DNA from: an uncultured Verrucomicrobiae bacterium
GTDB lineage: Bacteria; Verrucomicrobiota; Verrucomicrobiia; Chthoniobacterales; Terrimicrobiaceae
Reading direction: 5' to 3'
NCBI GenBank assembly: GCA_963706955.1
Contig: CAVPOC010000002.1
Location: 192,001-256,000 of the forward strand
Length of the DNA stretch: 64,000 nt
Shown here: positions 9,035 to 18,409 of the stretch, in pieces
How the letters are laid out: each line of letters starts with the position of its first letter
Position numbering within the stretch: position 1 is the first letter of the stretch
Notes under the pieces: generated by a model
What the model saw: only the letters and a program-made list of their open reading frames with translations
Databases searched by the model: none
Told to the model about the DNA's origin: nothing
Program-made: the position numbers and the translations under genes

Positions 9035-9805
9035 ATGCGCCCTCCCTTGTCAGTTTTCATCATCTTCGCAGCGATTTGCTTTTCGCGAGCGGAATCATCT
9101 CCCCTGCAGTGGACCGAACTCGGCAGATTGGAGGGAGAGGTTGTTGCCTGGGAGGGAGAAGGCTCGTCGGATGGTCGGACGATTCGCCTTACCGGCGTTT
9201 CGTTTCCTTCTTCCAAGAGTATTTTTCGTGTTGTCGACAACCCGCCTGGAAATCGCCAGTCGCTGTCGTCCGCGCTTGCCACCGTCGGTGCCGTCGCCGG
9301 ATCGAATGGCGGGTACTTTCATAAGGATTTCACTCCGCTGGGACTGGTCGTCTCGCAGGGCGAAATTATCCATCGATTCGAAAAGGCCAGGCTCCTTAGC
9401 GGTGTTCTTTCCGTCCGCCACGGCCGAATGGAGCTTGTCCGTTCCGGTAAATTCAAGGTGGGAAGCGACGCGCAGGAAGCCATGCAGGCAGGTCCCTGGC
9501 TGGTGGAAAAGGGCGTTCCCGTCGCCGGGCTTGATGACACGCGCAATGCCCGCCGCACGATTGTCGCGAACGACGGAAAAGGCCAATGGGCTCTCATCGC
9601 CACCTCCTCCATTACCCTGGCCGATGCCTCTCGACTCCTTTGCGAAAAAGGAATCACCGGACCACTCAAGATTGCGAATGCGTTGAATCTCGACGGCGGT
9701 TCGTCAACGGCTCTTCAGGCCGGTTTGCCGCCCGAGATTCTTATCGATATTGCCGCTTTCGGCTCAGTCCGGAACTATCTCACCGTTGCGCCGCGGCGTC
9801 CTTAG
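9035..9805 (+). CDS. Phosphodiester glycosidase (NAGPA/DUF2233) family protein
   Basis: Signal peptide, NGGYF, QAGPWLV, ARRT, ALNLDGGSST motifs. Confidence 0.85.
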   Translation: MRPPLSVFIIFAAICFSRAESSPLQWTELGRLEGEVVAWEGEGSSDGRTIRLTGVSFPSSKSIFRVVDNPPGNRQSLSSALATVGAVAGSNGGYFHKDFTPLGLVVSQGEIIHRFEKARLLSGVLSVRHGRMELVRSGKFKVGSDAQEAMQAGPWLVEKGVPVAGLDDTRNARRTIVANDGKGQWALIATSSITLADASRLLCEKGITGPLKIANALNLDGGSSTALQAGLPPEILIDIAAFGSVRNYLTVAPRRP

Positions 9806-9862
9806 TTGCCGCGGTGGATTATTCTTCCTCGCGGGCTCCGGGAATATCATTATTTTTTTAGC

Positions 9863-10216
9863 ATGCAAATCCACCTTAGCCCCAGACATCTGACTCTGAC
9901 CGCAGCCATCTACGCATATGTGGCCGAGAAGATCACTCACCTGGAGCAACTCACGGATAGCATTCTCGCCGCCCATGTCGTCCTCCTTCATGACGAGACG
10001 AGGACGAGGAAGCATATCGTTAAGGTGCACCTTGCTGTTCCCGGCCCCGACATTTACGCGGAGGATGCCGAGGATGACCTCTACGCCGCTATCGACAAGG
10101 TCACCGGCAAGCTTTCGCAACAGCTCCGAAAACGCAAGACGCGCATCGCCGATCGCAAGAAACATCGCTCGCGTCTCGCGAGTGAAGAGAAGAAAAGGGG
10201 CTACAAGCGCCGCTGA
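9863..10216 (+). CDS. raiA: Ribosome hibernation promoting factor (RaiA/HPF, short form)
   Basis: MQIHLSPRHLTLTAAIYAYVAEK…DLYAAIDKVTGKLSQQLRKRK. Confidence 0.85.
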   Translation: MQIHLSPRHLTLTAAIYAYVAEKITHLEQLTDSILAAHVVLLHDETRTRKHIVKVHLAVPGPDIYAEDAEDDLYAAIDKVTGKLSQQLRKRKTRIADRKKHRSRLASEEKKRGYKRR

Positions 10217-10230
10217 GGGCGAGGCTTCCG

Positions 10231-10989
10231 GTGGACTACAAGGTCAAGCTTGAGGTCTTTGAAGGACCTCTCGATCTCCTGCTTTATCTTATCAAGCGGG
10301 ACGAGGTTGATATTTACGAGATCTCCATTGAACGGATCGCCAAGCAGTATCTCGAGTACATGGAAGCCTTCCAGGTCCTGAATATCGATCTGGCGGGAGA
10401 GTTCATCGTGATGGCCGCGAATCTGCTCTACATCAAGAGTCGCACGCTGCTGCCCAAGGAACAACAAATGCCCGAGGAAGATGCCGAGGAGGACGATCCT
10501 CGATGGGAGTTGATCCGGCAACTTATCGAATATAAGAAATTCAAGGAGGCCGCCTTCGAGCTCCGCTCACGCGAAGCCATCCAAGAAAAGCTCTTCCCCC
10601 GATTTCCCTCCAATCCGGAGCTCGCACCGGCGGGCGACCTTCTCGTCAGCGAAGTCGGGATTTTTGATCTGATCAATGCGTTTCAAAAGGCGCTCAGGCG
10701 GCTGGAGAGCCGCAAGAGAGAGGAAGATCTTCGCGAGATTTTCGAGGAGAATTTCACCGTATCCGACAAGATCGACTTTTTGCTTCAGGTCATCTATCAT
10801 GGCGTTCCCGTGCGTTTTGAGGAATGCTTCGTCGATGCCGCGAGTCGCGCCGAGATTGTGGTCACGTTTCTCGCCATGCTCGAGCTGATCCGTCTCAAAC
10901 AGCTTCGTGTTCGCCAGGACAACCATTTTGAAGAAATTTGGCTCGAGCGCACCTTTCCCGCGACCGCGAACGCCGAGAGGTCAGTATGA
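10231..10989 (+). CDS. scpA: Segregation and condensation protein A
   Basis: FEGPLDLLLYLI…AGEFIVMAANLLYIKSRTLLP…VTFLAMLELIR. Confidence 0.95.
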   Translation: MDYKVKLEVFEGPLDLLLYLIKRDEVDIYEISIERIAKQYLEYMEAFQVLNIDLAGEFIVMAANLLYIKSRTLLPKEQQMPEEDAEEDDPRWELIRQLIEYKKFKEAAFELRSREAIQEKLFPRFPSNPELAPAGDLLVSEVGIFDLINAFQKALRRLESRKREEDLREIFEENFTVSDKIDFLLQVIYHGVPVRFEECFVDAASRAEIVVTFLAMLELIRLKQLRVRQDNHFEEIWLERTFPATANAERSV

Positions 10990-11693
10990 GCGAAGAAGTC
11001 GTTGACTGGTCTCTCAAGCGCATCGTCGAATCCATCTTGTTTGCCTCACAACGGCCGGTCACAACCAAGGATCTTCAGGGCATTGTCAAGAGTGCTGCCG
11101 AATTGGAAAAGGCAGATCCCAACGTGGCCAGGTTCTCCGCGATCCAGGAATCGGCCCTCCGCGGCGCCCTCGATGAGCTGGGAGCTGAGTGCGCCCACCC
11201 TTCGCGCGCTTATGAACTGCGCGAGACCGCTGCCGGCTGGCAACTGGTTACCAAACCGCAGTTTTCACCGTGGCTCCGACAGCTTTTCCCGGAATTCCGT
11301 TCCGCCCGGCTGAGCGCCCCCGCGATGGAGACTTTGGCGATCATCGCATACCGGCAGCCGATCACCCGCGCTGATATCGAAGCCATCCGCGGCGTCGCTG
11401 TGGATGGCGTCCTCCAGACGCTCCTCGATCGCGGCTTGGTAAAGATTTCCGGCCGAGCAGAAGTTCCGGGGCGGCCGCTGCTCTACGATACCACGCAGAA
11501 TTTCATGGACCATTTCGGTCTGAGAAATCTCGACGAACTTCCCAATGTAATGGAACTGCGTAAGGTTCGCCTGCCGATGGCGGCAAGCACCGCAACGGCT
11601 GCCTCGTCCGAGACCCCGAGCGCACCGAAGGCAGTCGAGACGAGCCCGGAAATCACTTTGCAGAACGCTCCACCGGAAGATAAGTCGTCATGA
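10986..11693 (+). CDS. scpB: Segregation and condensation protein B
   Basis: ESILFAS, LSAPAMETLAIIAYRQPITRADIEAIRGV, GRPLLYDTT…FGL; ATGA overlap with scpA. Confidence 0.95.
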   Translation: MSEEVVDWSLKRIVESILFASQRPVTTKDLQGIVKSAAELEKADPNVARFSAIQESALRGALDELGAECAHPSRAYELRETAAGWQLVTKPQFSPWLRQLFPEFRSARLSAPAMETLAIIAYRQPITRADIEAIRGVAVDGVLQTLLDRGLVKISGRAEVPGRPLLYDTTQNFMDHFGLRNLDELPNVMELRKVRLPMAASTATAASSETPSAPKAVETSPEITLQNAPPEDKSS

Positions 11694-12523
11694 GCGACCT
11701 TGATGAGTTGCGCAGGAGAATCGATGCCATCGACGACGAACTTCTTCGCTTGCTCAATGAGCGCGCTGTGGTGGCCAAGGAAATCGGGGCCATCAAGAAC
11801 CGCGAGGGTCTTCCGATCTATTCTCCGGAACGAGAGGATCGAGTGATTCGCAGCCTGATCGAGCGGAGCGAAGGTCCTCTCACGCCCGAGGCGATCCGCG
11901 CCATCTATTGCGAAATCATGTCTGCGGCGCTCGCGGTGGAGAAGGATGTTGCCATCGCCTGTCTCGGACCCGCAGGTTCGCCGGCGCACCAAGCCGCGAA
12001 GAGTAAGTTCGGATCGAGCGTTCACTACATATTTCTCGCAACCACCGAAGACGTTTTTCGCGAAGTCAAACGCGACGGCGCGGACTGCGGTGTCGTGCCC
12101 ATTGATCATCCCGAGCACGGCCTGGCGAATCAAACGCTCGATCAACTCGCCGAAACCGAACTCTCCATCTGCGCCGAGATTTTTCTAGCCACAGAACGAA
12201 CCCCCCACAACGACTCGGCGCGTTTCTTCGTTCTCGGACGCATGGGGAATCCACCTTCCGGCAATGACACGACGATGCTCATGCTGCGGATCGAAGATAA
12301 GCCGGGCGCGCTAGTTTCCGCGCTCGAGCCTTTTAAGGCGCTCAACATCAATCTTAGCCACTTCGCGAGCAGACCGGCGGCTCACGGCAGCCAGGACATC
12401 TTTTTTTTCGTCGAAGCGGTCGGTCACACCCGGGACCTTCAAATGGCAGACCTTTTTCGCGAGCTCTCCAGAAGCTGCCGGGCTGTCAAGGTCATTGGCA
12501 GCTATCCGAAGGGCCACCTATGA
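11690..12523 (+). CDS. pheA: PheA-like chorismate mutase + degenerate/shortened prephenate dehydratase + ACT domain
   Basis: AroQ-type CM (LDELRRRIDAIDDELLRLLNER…PERE), PDT N-part (CLGPAGS, GVVPI), ACT (DKPGAL…SRP…IGSYP); only 277 aa. Confidence 0.75.
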   Translation: MSDLDELRRRIDAIDDELLRLLNERAVVAKEIGAIKNREGLPIYSPEREDRVIRSLIERSEGPLTPEAIRAIYCEIMSAALAVEKDVAIACLGPAGSPAHQAAKSKFGSSVHYIFLATTEDVFREVKRDGADCGVVPIDHPEHGLANQTLDQLAETELSICAEIFLATERTPHNDSARFFVLGRMGNPPSGNDTTMLMLRIEDKPGALVSALEPFKALNINLSHFASRPAAHGSQDIFFFVEAVGHTRDLQMADLFRELSRSCRAVKVIGSYPKGHL

Positions 12524-12618
12524 ACGTCTCTTCCCAGAATTGATCCGGAACCTTAGAGCTGAGCATAGCCAAGCTAAGCCAGCACTAATAACTATCTAGG
12601 TGAAGGGGATACCGTGTC

Positions 12619-12675
12619 GGGCGTTTGCGGCAAGCGCCCAGCGAACCCCACAGGCGCTTGGCACAAGCGCTCTCC
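12619..12675. repeat. REP-like hairpin pair, family 2 (GGCGCTTG-n-CAAGCGC)
   Basis: gggcgtttgcggcaagcgccc … ggcgcttggcacaagcgc; related copy at 61397-61455; lies between convergent genes. Confidence 0.6.
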
Positions 12676-12714
12676 AAACTTCCTAAGCAAATAGAGCTCC
12701 TTCAGTGGCGGCGC

Positions 12715-13249
12715 TTACTTCATGGCTGCCACGACGTGCCCGTCCGCATAGAGGCGGTTGGCACGATTAAAGTGGACCGGCTCAAAATCCATGCACAGGC
12801 GCATGCGAGCGGGATTTACTGTCCGGGCGCCGCCGCGCCGGCCATAAACAACCGGATTGACCTTTACTTCGCCGTCGAGCATCGGACGCCATTGATAGCT
12901 GCTGCCGCGGCTGCGAAAGTAGTTGCCCGCCTTCATGTCGCTCGGACATTGCAAGAGCTGCGGCGACACTCCGTAAGGGCCTAACTCTGCCAACATCGGC
13001 TGCGCTTCGTATTCAGGGTCATAGACGGGATCCGCCGGGATTTGGCTCAATAAACGGAAAGGTATTGTCGTTATCCGCAAGGTATGTGCTGACGGCGATT
13101 CCGATTTGTCTAAGATTATTCATGCAAGCGACACTCCGAGCACGCTCAACCACTCTTTGGTATTCCGGCCAGAGCAACGCGGCCAGGATTGCCGCTATGG
13201 CCATGACCAGGGTGAGTTCGGCCAGAGAAAAGGCGCAGTTTCTTTTCAC
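12715..13249 (-). CDS. Prepilin-type N-terminal cleavage protein with C-terminal H-X9-DG motif (DUF1559-like), one frameshift near 13035
   Basis: AFSLAELTLVMAIAAILAALL…ARSVACMNNLRQIG in one frame joins …LQCPSD…HFNRANRLYADGHV in another. Confidence 0.8.
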
Positions 13250-14274
13250 GACTTTGTCGGCGCCCCCTTGATCTGCTCCTTTCGCCGGATGTAGTTGCGA
13301 TATCTCTGTTCGCGCTGTTCGGGCGTCCTTCGTGCATCGCGCGCGGCAGCTTGCTCCTCCATGCGCGCCTCGACGTCTGGGTTGTTGAGATGCTCCTCGA
13401 TCTTGGCGCGGCGCTCCGGCTCTGGAATTTGGCGGATCGACTCCCAGAACGTTCGCATTTCATTGAACTCCCCGCGAGCCTCCTCCTGTTGGTCTGGAGG
13501 CAGCACGGCGATGGCCGCTTCCGCTCGCTCGGCCGTCCACTCAAGATTCGGAGGTTGTGTTCTAGGTAGCGCGGAAAACAGCGTTCGCCCCGGCGGTCTT
13601 TCCGCTTCGACCTGCCCAGGTTGGCCATCAGTGCGGGGATGAACGGTCAAGAGGACGAGCTCCTTGGCGGTCCCTTTGGCCGTTCGGATCAGTTTCGCGG
13701 TCACCTTGCCTACTTCGCCCGCCGAGGGCAATTTGGTCAGCAACGGATTCCAGCCAAGAGGAACCGCAAAAAGTGCTCCAGTCTTCTGCGCACCTTGGTC
13801 GAGGAGTGTGTGGAGATTTCGATCAGGTGTTTGGCTGATTCTCCACTCCATTCGGCGAGGGTCCACAGCGGAAAGGTTGCCAACCATGAGCCTTCCCCCC
13901 CATGGCGCGGAAAAGACCATCCAGTCACCTGGATTTGCTCCCGAGGAGAAAGCCCTCAGCGCGGCTCGGATCTGCTCACTTGTTGGCGCCGCGACGTAGG
14001 CGAGCTTTGCGTTCGCGTTGATGCGCACGGCGAGCGTTTCGATCGCTTCAAAGAGTGGCGCTCGATTTAGTCGCATGGTCACCAGCGTGGCGGGATCGGC
14101 GTTCGTCGCGAACTCCACTCTCCCCTGACGCTCAATCGACTTGATTACGGTGGCCAGCGGCGCGTTAGTAAACGCCAAAGTAACGAGCCCGCGCTCCGTC
14201 CACCACCTCCACGCGAGCACCCCCATCGCAGACGCTGCAACGACGAGGAGTAGAGCGGTTCGTAACTTCCGCAT
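13246..14274 (-). CDS. Membrane-anchored hypothetical protein (STN/N0-like N-terminus, charged helical C-terminus)
   Basis: N-terminal TM, then VTLAFTNAPLATVIKSIERQ; E/R-rich tail; 4-nt overlap with the prepilin-like gene. Confidence 0.7.
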   Translation of the reverse strand: MRKLRTALLLVVAASAMGVLAWRWWTERGLVTLAFTNAPLATVIKSIERQGRVEFATNADPATLVTMRLNRAPLFEAIETLAVRINANAKLAYVAAPTSEQIRAALRAFSSGANPGDWMVFSAPWGGRLMVGNLSAVDPRRMEWRISQTPDRNLHTLLDQGAQKTGALFAVPLGWNPLLTKLPSAGEVGKVTAKLIRTAKGTAKELVLLTVHPRTDGQPGQVEAERPPGRTLFSALPRTQPPNLEWTAERAEAAIAVLPPDQQEEARGEFNEMRTFWESIRQIPEPERRAKIEEHLNNPDVEARMEEQAAARDARRTPEQREQRYRNYIRRKEQIKGAPTKS

Positions 14275-14600
14275 CCCAAATTAACTCTCCCGGAAAGGCA
14301 AAGTTACAATCCTTCTTTCTTCGTTGTTCGAAGAATTTGCGGCTTGCATTGGGAGGCCCGGTGGACGATTTTTGCGCAAGCCTCAGTCGTTTAATGAAAT
14401 GCAAATACGATCCGCCGCGAACCTTTTGAAGTGGTTCAGGTGGCGGGTCTTCTGCATGGTTGTTCTCAGGTTTTCCGCCGGCAAGGAACCGGCTTCGGCG
14501 GAGAGATCGGCACCGCCTGAGGCCTCAACGGCGGCACCGCGCGTCCGAAGAAGTTTCCCTAGCCCTTCCGCGCCGTGCGCCACTGCCATATATCAAACCA

Positions 14601-15161
14601 ATGTCATCCGAACACACATCCGCCAGCGAGACCCGCTCCTCGAGAAAGGGCCGCCGCCGAGCTACCCGCTCCCGCAACCGTCAGGAAACGCCCGTGCCTT
14701 TGCCCCAGAAAGAAACCTGGTGGCAAAAGATAACCGCATTCTTGTTGGGCAAGAATACCCAAGCCGCACCGCCGAAGAGGTCGCTGGAGAAGTCCGACTT
14801 CGGCAACGGCGACACCGCCGCCGCTAAGCGGCCCGTCCGTTCCGCTGGGTTCAGAAAACCGGAAACTGTCGAGGTTTCGTCGCCTCGCATCTACGTAGGC
14901 AACTTGTCTTTTGAGGCGACTGAGGGCGATCTCTCCGAGCTGTTCAGCGGCGTCGGGACGGTGCAAAACGTAGAGATCGTTTCCAATAGGCATACGCACA
15001 AATCGAAGGGATTCGCTTTCGTGCAAATGCAAACCATCGACGAGGCGAAACGCGCCGTCGCCGAATTGCATGATAAAGACTACATGGGTCGCAAGCTGGT
15101 CGTGAGCGGCGCCAAGGCCGTCGACGAAAAGCGCGGCGAGCGTCGCCATTCTGAGCAGTAG
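14601..15161 (+). CDS. RRM RNA-binding protein with extended basic N-terminus
   Basis: RNP2 IYVGNL and RNP1 KGFAFVQM. Confidence 0.9.
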   Translation: MSSEHTSASETRSSRKGRRRATRSRNRQETPVPLPQKETWWQKITAFLLGKNTQAAPPKRSLEKSDFGNGDTAAAKRPVRSAGFRKPETVEVSSPRIYVGNLSFEATEGDLSELFSGVGTVQNVEIVSNRHTHKSKGFAFVQMQTIDEAKRAVAELHDKDYMGRKLVVSGAKAVDEKRGERRHSEQ

Positions 15162-16050
15162 GACACCGATCATTGTTGCCGGACCCACCGGGGTCGGCAA
15201 AACCTCTTTCGCCGTCGAGCTGGCAACCCGGTTCGACGGCGAAATCATTAGTGCGGATGCCTTCCAGGTTTACCTTGGCATGGAAATCCTTACTGCGCAG
15301 CCTGAGGAAAGGCTGCTTCGTGCGGTTCCTCACCATTTGGTCGGATTTCTATCGCCTGAGAAGTCCTTTGATGCTTCTCGCTTCGCAGATCTCGCACGCG
15401 AGAAGGTTGGCGAAATTCTCGAGCGTGGAAAACTGCCGATTATCGCGGGTGGTTCGGGACTTTACATCAAAGCATTTACGCACGGCTTTGCCGAGTTGCC
15501 GACAGGAGACGCGTCTCTTCGTTCAGAGCTCGCGAAACTTTCCGATCCCCAGCTGCAGGAGTTCTTGAAAGCGGTAGACCCGTTGACGAAGGTCGAATTG
15601 CAAAATCGCAGGCGGGTCTCCCGCGCACTCGAGATCTCGCTCGTTGCCGGTCGACCCGCTTCGGAGCTGCGCAGCCAATGGCAGACCACCGCAACAGCGA
15701 ACTTCCGCGGCATGCTGCTTATTCGGGAACGCACCGAGCTTTACGGCCGCATCTCCGAAAACGTCCGCGCAATGTTCCAACGCGGAGTGGTTACGGAAAT
15801 CGCCAAGATTTCAACGATCGGTCCGACGGCGGGAATGGCCATCGGGTTGCGGGAACTCGAAGCGCTGCGACGTGGCGAATTATCGGAGAGCCAATGCATT
15901 GAAGCGGTCACCCTCGCAACCCGTCGCTATGCCAAAAGGCAATTGACCTGGTTTCGCAATCAATTTAACTTCAAACATATCGATTTGACTGGCCTTCGCG
16001 ATACGTCTGAGATTCCTCCTCCCGCCTTGGAATTCCTGGGTGCTGCATAA
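15151..16050 (+). CDS. miaA: tRNA dimethylallyltransferase (start codon uncertain, non-canonical)
   Basis: In frame upstream of the tracked ORF: IIVAGPTGVGKT…IISADAFQVY; then PHHL, GGSGLY, TRRYAKRQLTWFR. Confidence 0.9.
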   Translation: MSSRTPIIVAGPTGVGKTSFAVELATRFDGEIISADAFQVYLGMEILTAQPEERLLRAVPHHLVGFLSPEKSFDASRFADLAREKVGEILERGKLPIIAGGSGLYIKAFTHGFAELPTGDASLRSELAKLSDPQLQEFLKAVDPLTKVELQNRRRVSRALEISLVAGRPASELRSQWQTTATANFRGMLLIRERTELYGRISENVRAMFQRGVVTEIAKISTIGPTAGMAIGLRELEALRRGELSESQCIEAVTLATRRYAKRQLTWFRNQFNFKHIDLTGLRDTSEIPPPALEFLGAA

Positions 16051-17333
16051 TGCCGGACGCTCATCCGCAACTTAAAGAAAAGGCCATTCTTGTCGGACTC
16101 GAACGCGAAGGGGTTAGCCGCTGGGACGTTGAGGATTCTTTGAGCGAGTTGCGTCAACTCGCCGCCACTGCGGGTGCGCAAGTTGTCGACACGGTGGTCC
16201 AAAAATTGGAAAAGCCGACCGCGCCATTTTACATCGGCAAAGGGAAAGCTGAAGAGGTCGCCCGGCAGTGCGGAGAAAAACAGGTGACGTCGTTGATTTT
16301 CGATGACGAGCTGTCGCCTGCACAGGGACGCAATCTCGAACAATTGACCAGTCGAAAGGTCTTGGACCGGACGCAGCTCATCCTGGATATTTTCGCCCGT
16401 CGCGCGCGCACCAGGGAAGGCCGTCTGCAAATTGAGCTCGCGCAACTGCAATATCTTCTCCCGCGTCTTACCAGGATGTGGACCCACCTGTCGCGTCAAA
16501 CAGGAGGGATTGGAACACGCGGCCCCGGCGAGACACAACTCGAAGTTGATCGACGGCGCGTCCAAGAGCGCATCGCGCGTCTGGAACGCGACCTGCGAGG
16601 CGTCCGCAAGAATCGCACAGTCCAACGTGAGGGGCGGCTTCGCCGGAACTGGCCTGTGGCCTCATTGGTCGGATACACAAACGCCGGCAAATCGTCGCTT
16701 CTCAATAGTCTTACCGGAGCCGGAGTCGTCGCCGAGGATCGACTTTTCGCGACACTCGACCCGACCACGCGACAAGTTGTTCTCCCGAATCGGCAGAAGG
16801 TCTTGCTGACAGACACGGTTGGCTTCATCCGGAAACTTCCCCATACGGTGATCGAGTCGTTCAAGGCCACCCTGGAAGAGGTTCAGTTGGCGGATCTGCT
16901 CATTCACGTCGTCGATATCAGCCATCCTCAATATCGGGAGCAAATGCTCGCGGTAGAGGAGACCATTGCGGAACTCGGCGCCGATGGCAAACAGACGCTC
17001 ATCGTTTTCAACAAGATCGACCGGGTAGCGGATCGGGAGATAGTCAAGAGCCAGCTTCGCCACCATCCTGGCAGTGTCGCTATTTCGGCGCACACCAAAG
17101 AGGGTATGGACACGTTCTTTCAAGAACTCGAAGTGCGGCTCGGTTCCTGGCGCTTGCGGGTTGAGTTTCAAATTCCCACTACCGAGTCGGCCTTGCTTGC
17201 GGAGGTGCACCGCGTCGGTCACGTCTTAAACATCACCTACGAAGGCGACCTGGCTATCGTAACCGCACACGTGCCGCCAGAGCTGAAGTCCAGGCTGGCC
17301 CCCTATGAAAAGGATGGCGATCCTTATGCCTAG
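16050..17333 (+). CDS. hflX: GTPase HflX
   Basis: GPGETQLEVDRR, GYTNAGKS, LFATLD, DTVGFI, NKID. Confidence 0.97.
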   Translation: MPDAHPQLKEKAILVGLEREGVSRWDVEDSLSELRQLAATAGAQVVDTVVQKLEKPTAPFYIGKGKAEEVARQCGEKQVTSLIFDDELSPAQGRNLEQLTSRKVLDRTQLILDIFARRARTREGRLQIELAQLQYLLPRLTRMWTHLSRQTGGIGTRGPGETQLEVDRRRVQERIARLERDLRGVRKNRTVQREGRLRRNWPVASLVGYTNAGKSSLLNSLTGAGVVAEDRLFATLDPTTRQVVLPNRQKVLLTDTVGFIRKLPHTVIESFKATLEEVQLADLLIHVVDISHPQYREQMLAVEETIAELGADGKQTLIVFNKIDRVADREIVKSQLRHHPGSVAISAHTKEGMDTFFQELEVRLGSWRLRVEFQIPTTESALLAEVHRVGHVLNITYEGDLAIVTAHVPPELKSRLAPYEKDGDPYA

Positions 17334-17344
17334 CTCCCCAAACC

Positions 17345-17842
17345 GTGATTCCCCTCAGGTCCCATCTTCTAATCTTGTTGTCGCTTTGGTTAGGTGCGTG
17401 CGCCACCGAGGTGACCCCACAACGCAAGAAGACTTCTCTCTACGATCCAAAGCCGATCCACGTGCAAACCGGGATCGCCTCGTGGTATAGGGATCACCGC
17501 ACCGCCAGCGGTGAGCGCTTTAATGTAAACGCCATGGCTGCGGCCCACCGCACGCTCCCGTTCGGATCGAAGGTGCGCGTAATCGACCTGAGAACGGGCC
17601 AATCGGTGATCGTGAGGATCAACGATCGCGGGCCCTACATTCGAGGGCGTATCATCGATCTGACCGTGGGCGCAGCGCGAGAACTTGGCACCTACCATCG
17701 CGGAATTGCCCGCGTGCGCATCGAGGTGCTTAGGGAAATCCCCGTCCTCGAAAAGCCGAACCTGCGCACCGCCGCCTCCCCAACGAAACGCAAAAAAGCG
17801 GCGCCGTCGAATCCCTTCGCTTTCCTGTTTGCCGAGCGGTAA
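17345..17842 (+). CDS. rlpA: RlpA-family septal ring lytic transglycosylase lipoprotein
   Basis: Lipobox LGAC; GIASWY, TASGE, AAHRTLPFG, RINDRGP, RIIDL. Confidence 0.92.
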   Translation: MIPLRSHLLILLSLWLGACATEVTPQRKKTSLYDPKPIHVQTGIASWYRDHRTASGERFNVNAMAAAHRTLPFGSKVRVIDLRTGQSVIVRINDRGPYIRGRIIDLTVGAARELGTYHRGIARVRIEVLREIPVLEKPNLRTAASPTKRKKAAPSNPFAFLFAER

Positions 17843-17843
17843 C

Positions 17844-18227
17844 TTAACCGCTCGTGGCGAGAGATGTTTGCTCTTTCCAGCGAGTCTCTGGTTGTAGGTT
17901 GATCTCTTCGAGCTTCACCTTGAAACCACACGAGGCCATCAGGTAGGCAATCCCTTCACGACTTTCCATGGTCTCCTTTAAGCTGCGACCGAAGATCTCA
18001 ACATATTCCTTATAGCTCTCCAGAGCCAGGCGGCCTTCCGAAACATGCTTAGCAAGCTCTTCATCGTGATTCTCAATCAAATTGAACAATCCGCGGCGCA
18101 GCCTGGCTCGCATGACCGGATCAACGACGAGCTTAAACGGATTAGCTGCAGGATCTGATGCGCCGACGCGATCAACAACATCCAGCGTCAGCGTGGCTGG
18201 AGAGGTTTCAACAGATTTCTCGTTCAT
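17844..18227 (-). CDS. Hypothetical protein
   Basis: 127-aa ORF with protein-like composition filling the gap between rlpA and the methyltransferase. Confidence 0.6.
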   Translation of the reverse strand: MNEKSVETSPATLTLDVVDRVGASDPAANPFKLVVDPVMRARLRRGLFNLIENHDEELAKHVSEGRLALESYKEYVEIFGRSLKETMESREGIAYLMASCGFKVKLEEINLQPETRWKEQTSLATSG

Positions 18228-18409
18228 CCTGCCAATTCAATCCGGTGAACTGCGAAAGGCAAGTGAATGCAGAAATTGTTCCCCCGTATTCTTCCCGGTG
18301 TTTCACGATGCCGCCTGCAACCTTTCTTCAACGAAGAAGGGGAGCGATCTGCCGGGTGAAATTGACATAACTGTTGACTGGTCCTGGGGGATGCTAACAT
18401 TGGACAGTC

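Noticed and set aside
6578..9686. Long + strand ORFs 6578-7648 and 8454-9686
   Set aside because: Shadow ORFs antisense to, or out of frame with, well-supported vWA, DUF58 and NAGPA genes; typical of high-GC DNA.
14460..14560. Glycine riboswitch or SRP RNA (ctcagg, ggagag, ccgaag, gcaaggaac words)
   Set aside because: The motifs are not in the order or spacing of a complete aptamer or SRP loop, and the downstream gene is unrelated; kept only as an unassigned structured leader.
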